Positions 1-12,166 are shown, numbered from the whole stretch's first letter. The stretch is 58,460 bases of DNA, filler included, from Sphacelaria rigidula (GCA_964200075.2; 10 parts of 10 records of this genome joined end to end with filler, not necessarily neighbours in it), one strand, 5' to 3'. The notes: generated by a model not told the origin, from the letters alone. Program-made: numbers and translations.

Positions 1-54
1 TGTCGATCTACTTCCTCCTCCAGACGACTGCTATATCTTTTCCTCCTTTCTGGC

Positions 55-1995
55 AGATCTAGGTCCATATGGGGAGGATAAGAAGAACACGAATGGGGTA
101 GAACAACTGAAGTTCGCTTAGTATAACGGGATGAAGAGGCTGAACGATAGAGCACAAAAGCCGGAGGCGCAGTGGACATGGACTAGAAAATGCAAAAACG
201 AGATAGAACGCTCCGTTCTTGACTACATAGTGGTTGGGGTTTCGTAAGAGACACAACACTTTACGTTCTTGACTACATAGTGGTAGAGGATGGAAATAGT
301 GAAGAAATGGAAGTACATATATGCGCGGAGGACGTGGGAACCACAGATCACTGCTCGATATGGACAGAAAGCCAACAGACAAGAGCTGAAAGAAATAGGC
401 GGGGTAGGAAGTTTTACAACTGGAGAATCGATAAACTAGACATGGAAGGGAAACGGCAAGAGTTCCAAGAAGAGATGGCAAAAAATGGCAGTAAATTTTT
501 CCGAGCTGTTGGAACGCGTAGGAACAGTTGATACCGAAATGGAAAGAAATCGGGCAGGAGCGAAGATCATAGAAGGATGGGAGCAGATGGTCGAGAACAC
601 CGCGAGTGAAGTCAAAGGGAAGAAATTGATCGTATGCAACAGAGCAGTGAAACGGTAGGATGAGGAAGGAAAAGAGGGTATAAGTATAAGGAGAGCGGCC
701 CACGCGAGATGTATATCGAGTAAAACTACGCCAGGATGGGAGGAGTATACTAAATCTCGAAAGAAAGTGAAGAAGATGGTACAGCAGAAAAAGAAGGAAG
801 TTTGGGAAGATGTAGTGAAAAAACAAATAAAGATTCCGACGGCGAGATGAAACAAATGTGGGTAGGGATAAAATGGACTGTAGGAAACCAGGCAGGCAAG
901 ATGGACAAGAGGATAGCTACACTCCGGGCACAGAACGTTAAAAAAATCAGCAGTTCGAGGGAGAACGGAGAAGTGCTAGTCGAGCACTACCGTAAACTAG
1001 GAACACCAAAAACGACCACGGAGTTCGACATAGAACTCGAAAACGAAATCAGCGCGTAGGCAGAGGCAAATGTAGAGACGTCAAAACGGAAGGATAGAGG
1101 CTTGACACAATTGTAAAGAGATTTTACCAGAGATGAAGTAAAGGAATGCGTAGCTAAACTCAAGAACAGAAAGGCAGCAGGGGCAGACGAAATAGTGAGT
1201 GAATTTCCAAAGTACGGGGGGAGAGGATGATTACCATGATGGCTATGCTGTGAAACTGGATCTGGGAAACGAGTGCACACCCAAGAGGTGGAGAGAAGGA
1301 GTAGTCATCAACTTCTTCACAAAAGGAGATAAGACTGACCCAGGAAACTGTGCAGAGGGATAATGCTACTAAGCGCGGTAGGGAAAGCATTCCGTAAGAT
1401 TCTGAACGATTGAGAAGAAACCATGCTAGAGAAGGAAGAAAAAATTAGCGAGAGACAAATAGGATTTCGACCAAACAGTCGTTGCGTAGACCGTGTATAC
1501 ACACTAAGATTATTCAGGGTGATAAAGACACCGGGCTGGCAACATACTGTTTCTTTCTGGACATGCAAAGGGTTATGACACAGTAGTATGGAGGAATGGG
1601 TTGTGGGAAAAGTTGTGGGAAGCCGGGACCAGAGGAAAGGTGTGGAGAATGGTAAAGAAGATGACAGAATGTGCCGAAAGTGTTGTGATGCTAAACGGGG
1701 AAATATCGAAACACTTTGATATTTTACGAGGAGTTGCACAAGGATGTACGTTATCGTCTACTCTGTTCAAGCTATTCCTTAATGACTTGATAGTAGCAAA
1801 ATAAGCAGCAAAGCGAGGGGTCAAGGTGGGTGAAGATATGGTATCGGGATTGACGTTCGCAGATGATTTTGTGGGGGTTTCAGGAACACCAGGAGGATTA
1901 CAGAAACAGATAGACAAGGCGCTAAAATACACTAGGAAATGGAGAGTGACGGGTGGTTGAGAGAGGGGATAGGGATGAAAGCATATTTAATGGTT
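55..1995 (+). mobile_element. Decayed non-LTR retrotransposon (LINE) ORF2: C-terminal part of the APE endonuclease plus RT; RTEX/CR1-L2-group-like; many stops and frameshifts
   Basis: Plus-strand translation gives APE motifs (RSVLDYIVV; DVGTTDHCSIW) and RT motifs (KAAGADEI, DKTDPGN, QIGFRPN, WRNGLWEKLWEAG.RGK, LRGVAQGCTLSSTLF, TFADDFVG). Highly similar to the copy at 35137-36695. Confidence 0.93.
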
Positions 1996-2329
1996 TCAAG
2001 AAGAGTGTGTATTACGTCATCATAATACGCACGCGATGTGAGCGCAAGTTCAGCGCCACGCTAGCATGCACCGCCACACTTCACCCAATCATATAGAACA
2101 TAGAACAAGCGAATATCGGAATCCGAAAGCACGAGCTTCGAATTTCCGAATTTCGAATTTCCAACTTCGACAGCACAGACGGGGGAGGAGCGACGTGTAA
2201 CGTAATAATGAGCGCGGAAACGCATTCTTTGTATGTCAACATGGCGAGCAGAACGCGCTTCATGCTCGAACAAGGCAGCCACCGTGAACCTCCCGTACCA
2301 AGTTGCGGTACATGAAACCGTACCACGTC

Positions 2330-2845
2330 GTACGCAGCGTTCATTTGCCCTCAACACGGTTGAAGTGTAACGTTTCATTTTACGCAAAACGTCGGAAACG
2401 TAACGTTTATTAAGCGTTACACGTTACATTAACGTTCCAAACTACGTTTCACGTCACAAACGTGATGTTTCAAAATACGTTACACGTCACAATAACGTTT
2501 CAAAATACGTTGCATGTCACAAACGTAGCGTTTCAAAATACGTTACACGTAACAAACGTATATTAATGTGACTTGTACCGTTTATTGTGTAACGTATTTA
2601 ATACGTTACACGTTACAATAAACGTTTCATAATACATTAATGTAATGGATGAAATAATACGCCACGTCGTGTCACATTTGTGATGTATTGAGAAATTGAA
2701 CGTTACGTCACGTCACATTTTTTCACCGGCACGTTACGTTATCGCACATGTGTGACGTATTCGAAAAACATACGTTACGTCACACCCTTGTGATGCACGT
2801 TTGTGACTTGTAATGTACGTGTGACGTGTAACGTGAAGAACCCGG
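2330..2845. repeat. Dense ACGT/GTAAC/TCAC subterminal-type repeat array, probably the end of a hAT-like MITE
   Basis: Many copies of aacgttt, tacgttacacgt and cgtcaca, including near-tandem units (cgtttcaaaatacgttacacgtcacaa). Ends in gaagaacccggg, resembling the gaaaagccttgg end near 33100. Confidence 0.55.
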
Positions 2846-5756
2846 GAAGTTTTATCGACCATAGACAACCTATGCTCGTTTCCTTTCTTCCATGTGGATA
2901 CACTCGATGAAACACTACATCACTCGATGAAACACTAGAACGAGCAAATCGTGCGTTCAAGCAACGCCCTCCCTGTTCAGGCGCCACATACACGTCCACA
3001 CCCCTGACACGCACTGCGAGATGAGCTCCTTTCTCCTCAACTCTCCCAGCGTTCCCTGAAATTCTGGGGGGAAAATATTGTTTGCCGTCTGCGGTGTGCC
3101 GAGCGTGGGACGTTCCCGGGAAACGAGGTCATCACAACATGCATTGTGATTTGACGCACACAACGGAAAAAACAGCACTCAAATCGCACTCGTGGTCGAC
3201 GAGATCGTCTCTGATTTAGCCGGCCTATCGATGGACTCTCGCCCAAGTCTCGCCAACAAACCACCATCGCCCCGACCAGAGCAAAGGAAAAGAAAATATG
3301 CAGACGGGATGATGGAGGCAATAAGGGAGGAGAGGTCTGAGCCGGAGTAACTTGTTTCGGTGCCTAAAAGTATGTCCGTGTGTAATGCACTCCGACAAGT
3401 TAGTAACAGGCAAGTCTTGCTGCTTGTTATACCCAGCCGCTCTGGTAATCAACGTAAGAGAGCGTGGTATGCACTGGAACAAACGACACCATGGTGACTG
3501 TCTTGCTGTGCTTTTCTCTTCGTTGGTTACGCAGAGCCCACCACCTATGCCGCCACATGTGGCCTGCCGGCTGTACTCTGCGCTGACATGAAGCTTCAGT
3601 GTTGTGTGGACATATATAGTGAATTATTGGGATGATTTGACTCGAAATATGGACGGGACCCAGATTGCCCACCGTGTAGGCCCAAGGGTTCGCGTACGTA
3701 GCTGGGGGCAGGACGAGTTCACACTTTCCAAAGGTTTCTCGCAATCTGGTCCATGATGATACCCATAGATAATGGGAGCAATGTATTGTACTGTAGTATC
3801 ATAACTGATGCAGTTCACCGGCCTACCCGGACATATCCCTTTCGAGTATAATATCTTTTTTCAAAAAGGGATTACCCCCACAACGACCAGTTTTCGAGTA
3901 AATCAACTATAAACCAATAATTCTCAAATTTGAGGTGGTAAAATTCAGTGGAGTCCTCGTGCAAAGGGTTGTTCATATCTATATGTATAACAAAAGTTTC
4001 CGAGAAACTTTTTTTTATCTACCAGGTGATTATATTACGTCAAATGGTTGCAACAGACGGGCTGTTCGTGATAATGGCTGTCACCCACGCAGTCGCATTT
4101 TCATAGACGGGGCCCAACTGCAACTCAAAAGAACGATTTTAGTTTCGCCGGTATACGTTCCGCAAAGATACACAGGTGTATAACAGTCCCACATCGAACG
4201 TCTTTCCCTGTGCTGACCCCTACCGGCCCACGCCCCCCCCCCCGAAGCCCTGCGATATCATTCCCCAGAGTTGCGGTGGGTGCCTGATACGTCGTCATCT
4301 CTCATCCACTGCAGCACACTACACAACTTCGTCAACAAGTAGCGAAGACGGTGGACACGAGCGAGCGAAAGACGTCCTTCATAGAACAGGTGGGTGGGTG
4401 GGTGGGTGGGTGGATGGATGTGCGTCCCTCGCACATTTTTGCCCTGCTGTTGATCCACGTTGTATTTTTCGCACATGGTTGCCCTTGTTTTTTCAAGTTA
4501 CTGAATAGTTACCGCGGTACCGTATGCGCTGTGCTGACTGATGCAATGACATGTAGTCACGTTCTTGCTGATGCTTCAAACTTTCGATTAATTCATATAT
4601 GTTGCATCGCCGCTATGATTATACCTCAGGCGAGGTACGCCCCACACAGGGAGGGTACGTAGCAATATCATGGTATACCCCACAGCAGGTAAAACTTTTG
4701 GGACTGGCTCTACATGCCGCCACTTCTGTCAGACAGTTTTAGTGCGCGATAGATTTGATTTTGGAGTCGAACGGATGAGTCTATACCGTGCTGCGGACTG
4801 TTGTCATGTTGGCGGACCCACTACGATATAGTACTTCAATACTCGTAGTAGTCGGTACAGGCAGCCACAACAGTACAGTATTGGTGCTGCTACTGTTTTC
4901 GGCACTGTTTCGGGAGTCGATATGACAACAGTTAGTTTCATCAACTTGACACTCATGTTTCACACAAGACAGAACATGATCATGTGCATAGTAGAACGCA
5001 CCACTGCCGTACCCTGCAACAAAGCGCAGGGCAGCCCAGTACCCACCAGCAAGTACACAAAGTTCATGAAGCACATGTATATTCAAATCGAGTTCGACAG
5101 TTCCAACAGCAAACACACCTAGAAACCTTCGCTTGAACGCAGTCCGCAACATATACCATCCAAGCATCCTCGTTCGTGCATCATTCCTTATCGATGGCCG
5201 CAGCCGTTCCAAGACCGCCGTACATGACTGTCCTGGCCGCTGTGTAGCCCGCAGGTGCAGGGACGAAAACCTTCCAGTCAGTGGAATTTCATATTTCAAC
5301 GTGAGGAAATTCTAAATAGACCGATGCATTTGGCGAGGGCATAAAATAGACCGAGGCTAAAGGGGGTGGGGAATGTTTCATTATTTGGCGGTGTGTTTCT
5401 GTGTGTCCTGTTTACAGGAGATCTCTGCGACGTCGCTTTCACTTGTGAGTAAACAGGACATGACGGGCTATCGCAAGTACGGGGTATTGGTTTTCATTAT
5501 TTTTCCCTCATACAGAGTGCGCATGGACGAGCCACATCAACATAGATTACTCACCTTTGACCGCGACGGTAGAGGCACCGAGTTCATGGGTACGGGTCGT
5601 TATGTAATAATTAAAAAAAAATCATCGATTTTTCGTTGTTTTCCATGATTCTCGAACGGATATAACCCTGGGTTTCTGTGCTGATGGACACACGTAACAG
5701 TGTTTTCGTGAGATTGAGAGTAGATGATACGATTGAGAGTGGCTTTGATCATTCGC

Positions 5757-5856
5757 NNNNNNNNNNNNNNNNNNNNNNNNNNNNNNNNNNNNNNNNNNNN
5801 TTAATTAATTAANNNNNNNNNNNNNNNNNNNNNNNNNNNNNNNNNNNNNNNNNNNN
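5757..5856. other. Artificial 100-bp concatenation linker; also at 11613, 17469, 23325, 29181, 35037, 40893, 46749 and 52605
   Basis: N44-TTAATTAATTAA-N44 (stops in all six frames) recurs every 5,856 bp, giving ten 5,756-bp segments. Confidence 0.99.
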
Positions 5857-6261
5857 TGGGGAAGCTGTGGTGTGAGCAACTTTTAGCAGCTTTTAAGCTG
5901 GCCCAGCTCGTATGATCCACAACTTTACAACTGTGTCAAGCACCATTCCAATTTTCAAATTGGTTGTTGTCTCAGCTATTCCAGATTCGGCATTAGATTT
6001 CAGTGACAGAAAACACTCGTTTTTTCGGAATACTTTTCAAAAACGAGCAGAACTTTTCGGAGAACTGCTCGAACCAGCCATTGTATGGAGTACAGGGTAG
6101 TACACTCAAGACAAAACAATTTTGCAGTGGTGCATGAAGAACAGAGTACTACCCTGAACACAAGACAACACGGCAGTTCTGCAGTGTTTTCTAGTTTCAG
6201 AACCTGTTACAGCTTGGTTTACAGAGAGACCACGAGAAATCACGCGCCGTTGTAATCGCGT

Positions 6262-6690
6262 TCCGCACGAGAGGGAGAAGAATCAACAGCAGCAGTATCA
6301 GCAGCATCTTTACTGCCAGTAGATGTACGCGGCTGGGGGTTGGTCTAAATCAGCCGGTGCCGATTTGTGTGTGTGTCAGCGCTGTCCAGTACGGTGGCTA
6401 TCACTCGCAAGGTGCGTGGGTGTTGTCGCACGGTCGAAACGAGGACCGTCTACGATCAAGAACAGCAGCAGCAGCAGCAGCAGCATCGCGGCCGGTTGAT
6501 TCAGACCCACCCCAAGCCATGTACATTTACTGGCAACAAATATGCTGCTGCTACTGCTGCTACTGCTGCTACTGCTGCTACTGCTGCTACTGCTGCTACT
6601 GCTGCTGCTGCTGCTGCTGCTGCTTCTTCTCGTGCAGACGGTCCAAGGCACTTGACAGCCCCCCGCATATACAAAAAATCTAGAGGACCT
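6262..6690. mobile_element. Fold-back repeat element with (CAG)n/(CTG)n-tipped inverted arms; second copy at 23425-23738
   Basis: Left arm cagcagcatctttactgccagtagatgtacgcggctgggggttggtctaaatcagccgg is the imperfect reverse complement of the right arm ccggttgattcagacccaccccaagccatgtacatttactggcaacaaatatgctgctg. The copy in segment 5 aligns through ...agaggacc. Confidence 0.8.
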
Positions 6691-7708
6691 TCCTGCACTG
6701 GAGCCCTGACATCAAGGAGCCGCCAGCTTTGTCTTTCTTCTGCCAACTTTCCCTCTGTAGTTCGACACTTCAAAGGATACTCGCCATGCGCATTCACTGC
6801 AGTTACGTTGGTGTGTAGCGGCCACAACAGCTGCTGTTCGTGCTCTTGTCTTGTTTTCTTCGCAATGACGGTAAACGTGGGGTGGCAGCTCGGGGGCGTG
6901 TGCTTCCCGACTGGTACAGACAAAGGCAGGACACTCGCAAGTGCAACAAGATTGTCCATCTACTGATGTGTAGCGAGCTTTCCGGAGAAACAAAATCACC
7001 TCAACACCGACCACTCCCAGACTTGAATAAATGTACTATAAATAGGAATACTGTTCATTTCTTATGACCCCAATCGTCATTTGTAGGTGACGGTTGTATT
7101 TCCGTTGATACCGTATGACTCGTTGGATTACCGGCCACTTCTGACCTATTTAGCGTTTAGCTTGCACTTTCCATGAATATAGTACCGAAAATCTGCAGTT
7201 CCTACCCATAACTGTACTGTCTGATTATTGGCCAAGAACGAAACTGTTGTAATGCGTGAGAGGACCGCGTGCTTTGAGGACCGCGTCGGAAGTTGAACAT
7301 CCCTATGCGAAATATTCCCAGCCAAATTAATATGTGTTTTGTGGGAGCGAAAGAATTTCCAATCGAATCATTGAACTAAATCACACAAGAATCATGTTAC
7401 ATGTGTAATGACGAGTACCGAACAGAGACAGAATGGATCAGGGCTCGAGACGTCTGTCTGTGTAGCTGATACTGAATATCGAAGCGGATGCCATTAAACA
7501 GGCTGAGAGAGTGGTAGGCAGATGTAATAGCAGGCGTGCAGAACGGCGGCCTAAACGTCCAGCCATCTCACTGTCCGATTGCAGGCAGTACGAGTGTTGA
7601 AGGTGGTACACCTGGAACACGTCCTTTGCGCTGTGAGCAGTCGGAGAGAGGTCGCATCGTTTGTTTAAGTTTATACTGTACTTTGTACTGGGAGCAGTCT
7701 ACGTACTG

Positions 7709-9340
7709 ATGGGAGAACAGGCTGACGCCCTGAGTACCGGCGGCGCCGGTGCCCTTGATGACATCGCGGACCAGGAAGAATACGAACGAGAACAAGAGGA
7801 AGTCGCACCGGCTGTGAATACAGTCGCCAGGCGACAGATAAAGGAGCTCAGCCGAGAAGTGCGCACCATGCGGGGCGAGAACGATCAAGCGATGTCAAGT
7901 TTGCGCAACGAAAACCGACAATCTTTCACACAGGTCCTGGAACAGCTGTCCGGATTGAAGGACGCCCCCCGCAACCGTCACACCGCTGCGCCGCCGCAAT
8001 CGTCGTCGGCTTCCTGGCAACAGCACAACCCTTTCGTGCAACATTCCCCATCGCCAGAACCGCAGCCAGCATGCAGCCCTTTCACCATGCCAGCTACCTT
8101 CGCCGGAACCGCGGGATCCTTCGTCAGGAGTAGACGTCACCAGCTCGCATCCGCGACCGGGTTACTGGCATTATCATCATCATCATCTCCGTACTCTGCT
8201 GCTGGTCCTCCACACTCAGGTTTTGAGGGTGAAAGGACGGAGGGATTACGCCTCCAGAGGAAAGCCCAGCACAAGACACGAGTGGACGCTTGGAAAAAAA
8301 TACAAACGCGAGTGATCTGGGCGTTGCGCGGGAGAATGCCACACGCAATGACTTAGAGCGAATTGCAGTGCCTTACGGGCGACATCCTTCTCGTTACTAG
8401 CAACGTCTTTTCCGCCCTTTCGGAAATGGGTGGGTTCAACGTGATGGATTTCGCTCCGCGTAGCCGATATTACTCGTCGACGTCTACCTCCATCGTCGAC
8501 CGCCTGGCGCTGGTGAAGCACGGAATAGCAAAACTGTTACGTGCCGGCCTTGAGGCTAGCCACCCTCGAGCTGACAGAGAGGCGGCTTCATGCAACCAGC
8601 GCATATCCCAGCTGGAAGCGGCGTTTGACAAGGTATTGCAGACATTTCGCATGTATACGATGACCCGCGCTGTGCTGGTCGAAGAAAAATCTGCAATGTT
8701 CGAGAAAATGATCAACACGGACCTGCGGGGATGGATAGAGGCCATGACCAACACGTCCCATTTTTTCCTGGCTCATAATGACTCGCCCCCGCCATCACCA
8801 ACAAGCATTCCGATGATGCCAATCCCAACCTTCCCGACTCTGCAACATTATCTTGATTCTGGACATATATCAGTGGAGGAGAATTTTGAGCAAGACCGCA
8901 GGAATCGGAGTGCCCCGACTGGGGGTGGGACTGGCCCAAGAAAACGGGCGGCAACAACACTCGCCGCAAAGCGGGACCTCACTTGTTTCAAGTGGTTGGA
9001 CGGAAAATGCGGGCTCACCGAGGAGCAGTGTAAATACCGCCACGTCGGAGGTTTGGGGCGTGACCGAGCCAGGGTGGAGACAGAGAGGGCCCGCCGTTCG
9101 GCACCAGCGAGGGCCGGAGCCGGTAATAGTGGACGAGGGGGCGGTACTCAGGATCGTGATGCACAGGCGGGTAGGGGTGCGGGAACCACGAGCCAAACTC
9201 CGCGGCACGTACGGCCCTCGGAGGTCGTACATTCGGGGTGGCTGGCATTTTGGAAATTGCTTCCCCTCCCCACACCTGCCCTGTGCACAGGGCTTTTATT
9301 GATGTACAAATTCGAAAGCCGAGTACAAAGGTTGGGGTAA
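7709..9340 (+). pseudogene. About 540-codon ORF with one in-frame TAG (8354-8356): acidic/coiled-coil N-terminus, helical middle, C-x7-C-x6-C-x3-H zinc finger, R/G-rich tail; gag/ORF1-like
   Basis: Track ORFs 7661..8356 and 8363..9340 are in the same frame. ATG at 7709. Finger sequence CFKWLDGKCGLTEEQCKYRH. Confidence 0.7.
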
Positions 9341-9366
9341 GGGTTAGGGTTAGTGTTGGGGTCAGG
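9334..9366 (+). repeat. Short degenerate (TTAGGG)n-like tract
   Basis: ggggtaagggttagggttagtgttggggtcagg, about 5 hexamers, near the right TIR of the 7248-9475 element. Confidence 0.65.
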
Positions 9367-9640
9367 ATCGTGGTACCTGCAGGGACTGGCTCGATAGGTT
9401 TTGGAAAACGTCGAGACTGAGGTGTTTCGAGCTACGGTGCGGTCCTCTAAGCACGCGGTCCTCTCACCCACTACAGTGTGACCTACGGAAAACGCCAAGG
9501 TGCTCCGGAACGGTCTGAGGTGTCAACATCCACTGAGCCCTCTTCTCGGGGCAAAAACGACGGAGAACGGTAAAAAAAGCACTTGACTTTTCAACAAGTT
9601 ACATTTTCTTCGATACACAAATAACAAGTAGCCTAACTAA

Positions 9641-10223
9641 GGCCGTTTCTTCCGGTTGGTTATTTCCCCTCGTTATTTGCAAATAACGAGGGAAAATAAC
9701 AAGATGGCTACTTACGGTTGGTTATTTAACAAAATTCTCGGGAAACAAATACGAGACGGGGGACATTTTACGAGATGGGCCATCCTGGCTTGTATTTTGT
9801 GGCAAAATACGAGACGAGATCGACTTGTATTCTCGTCTTGTAGTTTTCGTTCGAGACGCTGGTCGCCCTGGTGGCTCAGTTGGTGCCCTCGAAACCTTTT
9901 GACGGTTGGGTCGTGTGTTCAATTCTTAGAGCGATCTCGGATTTTTTCTCACACCATACCAAACAGTGGAGAGCGACCATGTCGTAGGTACACAAAATTC
10001 GACTGAACGGTCGACGAGGGAAAGGGGCTGCTGAACCCCTCTCGCGATGAAAAATAAAAGCAAGCACCGCAGAAGGAACGTGGGGTACCAAAAAAAATAT
10101 AAAATATAAAGCTCCTGTGTTGATCTTCCTCCTGTGTGACCCCGGCTGATGCGCCCACATATACCGAAAGGGGGAAACCGGCGTCCAGAATAGATGGGAC
10201 GACAATAGATGGGACGACAACAC

Positions 10224-10264
<41 letters not shown>

Positions 10265-11337
10265 GCGGCGAGACTAGCAACGCCCGCCAGCCCTGAATAT
10301 GTTTGTGCCCTTCGACATCTACGGGGCTCTCCTGACAGCAATGCCGAACATCCACAGCGCCGTTTATGCACTAGACCAAACTTTGCTTCGCCATCCCGGC
10401 GCACGCGAGATGTCGTCAGGGGCTGATGATCTATTGGCATCGATCGCGCTCTCGAAAACCTGCAGCACAGACAGTACCCAGCGCAGAGATCACAGGGTAC
10501 TACTCTGTGCTGTCTCATGCAGTGAGTTGTAAGTGTCAGTATGCACACAGCAGTAGTATGCACGGCTGTAGTAAAAATGATGCGTACAACGTGAGATATG
10601 TGGACAACGTCCAATACAGACAACACCAGGCAGTACTGTACTGCCTGCACTGCCGCATTGAGCAGTAGGGTCTACATGCCATGCTGCACCCAACGACTGC
10701 CGAAAATGGTTTGGACGACGTGCAGTACAGTAGGATGGAAACGTTGGTTTGCCAGTACCGTACAGAGTAGTACAACGGCTGCAATAAATATGATGTGGGC
10801 AACGTGCAGTGCAGACATAACTAAGCAGTACGATGCTGCCTGCTTTGCCTGCCGCATACGGCAGTATACATGCGCACATGTCAGGTTGGAAACGGTAATA
10901 CACAACGACTGCACTAAAATTGATGTAGAGGAGTGCACTAGACAGTACAGTACTTTGTACTTTAGTCTGTACTGCCGCATACATACGGAATATGACAGTA
11001 TAGATACTCGTAGAAGATGTCAGTTTGCACACAGTGCGGGCTGGGCCAGCAGCGATTGGGGGAAAGTCTATGTCTCACGTCCTCTTACACAAGCACAGGG
11101 AGCTTGGTATGGCGAAGTCTTCAGGTCTTTGTACCTCGCCTTGACCTACACACCCCTTTGAATTCCCCTGACCGTCCTTTCGGTACTCCCCCCGTTCTTT
11201 TGTTACCCCACCCCTCGAAAATATGTCTGGAACCGTAAGGTAGGGTCAGCATATCTCATCGTATTTCCCTAGTGGTATTTTTTCCTCGTAATTTTTTGCA
11301 AAAAACGAGGGGAAATAACCAACCGGAAAAAACGCCT
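9641..11337. mobile_element. Non-autonomous PIF/Harbinger-like element (GGCCGTTTC family)
   Basis: TAA followed by ggccgtttcttccggttggttatttcccctcgtt; reverse complement aacgaggggaaataaccaaccggaaaaaacgcc at the right end. The right ~430 bp match 41755-42167. Confidence 0.8.
9861..10260 (+). mobile_element. tRNA-derived SINE with (AC)n tail, nested in the Harbinger-like element
   Basis: Pol III A box TGGCTCAGTTGG (9872-9883) and B box GTTCAATTC (9917-9925). A 15-bp terminal duplication (aatagatgggacgac x2) precedes the (AC)n tail. agacgc on both sides is a possible TSD. Confidence 0.8.
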
Positions 11338-11612
11338 GTCTTGGCACTTTTTTTTTCCGATCGAAAAAATGGGGCGGTGGAATCGATCTGAGCGAAATTT
11401 TCTCGTTTTTATCCAGTTGGGTGCAGATGGGTTTCCAAGCCTTCGATCCAAAAAAGACAGTGAAATTCGCGAAACGGTACAGACAGTCTATACTGTTTGC
11501 ACTGCTTGCAAGGAGGGTGTCTTGAGTACGTGTGTGCGTGTTTCGTGCAGGGGGATATAAAGGAGAAGCGGACAACGTGTAGTGCAGACAGCCCAGGACT
11601 ATCAGTTCTCTC
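11334..11612. mobile_element. End of a Harbinger-like MITE (GGGCGTGTCTTGGCAC family), cut by the linker
   Basis: Matches the reverse complement of 46263-46580. TIR core tgtcttggcac...ttccgatcga also seen at 42584 and 57283-57314. Confidence 0.75.
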
Positions 11613-11712
11613 NNNNNNNNNNNNNNNNNNNNNNNNNNNNNNNNNNNNNNNNNNNNTTAATTAATTAANNNNNNNNNNNNNNNNNNNNNNNNNNNNNNNN
11701 NNNNNNNNNNNN

Positions 11713-11778
11713 GTACTCATTCGTTGCCTGCCTTAGTCGTGTGACGATTGACCACGGATCCCTTTCGAGACGGAGCAC
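11713..11778 (-). mobile_element. 5'-truncated 3' end of the LINE family
   Basis: Reverse complement gtgctccgtctcgaaagggatccgtggtcaatcgtcacacgactaaggcaggcaacgaatgagtac matches 36630-36694. Confidence 0.88.
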
Positions 11779-12129
11779 TAGGGGCGGAGGGGCAGGGTAT
11801 CGTGCATCACCCTACCGTGCACCGAGAGGTGCGATGCAGACCAAAATTCCGAGTGGGGGTGGTGTGACAATAGACAAAAATCTGTCCTGTTGAACGAAAA
11901 ACAATCAACCCGAAGTTACAGCACCCCATGGAAGGTATACAGATGAATGTACGAATATGTGCATATATCCGACGAAGCATGCCACAACGAAGATAATGTC
12001 TTGCCCATGATACCGATCCACGGGGGGGGGGGGGGGGGGGGACGGGGGGGGAGGGCAGCGAGCCGAAGGAAAAGGAAAAAAGCAAAAAAAANNNNNNNNN
12101 NGGTGCCCCAGCCCTTCGAGGCGTGGGGG

Positions 12130-12166
<37 letters not shown>

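Larger units (their letters stand above)
7248..9475. mobile_element. TIR element with TGT...ACA ends, carrying a CCCH-finger ORF
   Basis: Left end tgtaatgcgtgagaggaccgcgtgctttgaggaccgc; right end reverse complement tgtagtgggtgagaggaccgcgtgcttagaggaccgc. Flanks ctgt/gtgt match at 3 of 4 positions (possible 4-bp TSD). Confidence 0.8.

Noticed and set aside
59..826. 255-aa hydrophobic minus-strand ORF (also 35089-36369, 426 aa)
   Set aside because: Antisense shadows of purine-rich LINE ORF2; the conserved motifs are on the plus strand.
5801..5812. TTAATTAATTAA as a biological motif
   Set aside because: Part of the artificial linker.
9334..9366. True telomere
   Set aside because: Only about 5 degenerate units, internal to a TIR element.
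9861..9935. tRNA gene
   Set aside because: A/B boxes are present, but there is no convincing acceptor stem, and it continues into a SINE body and tail.
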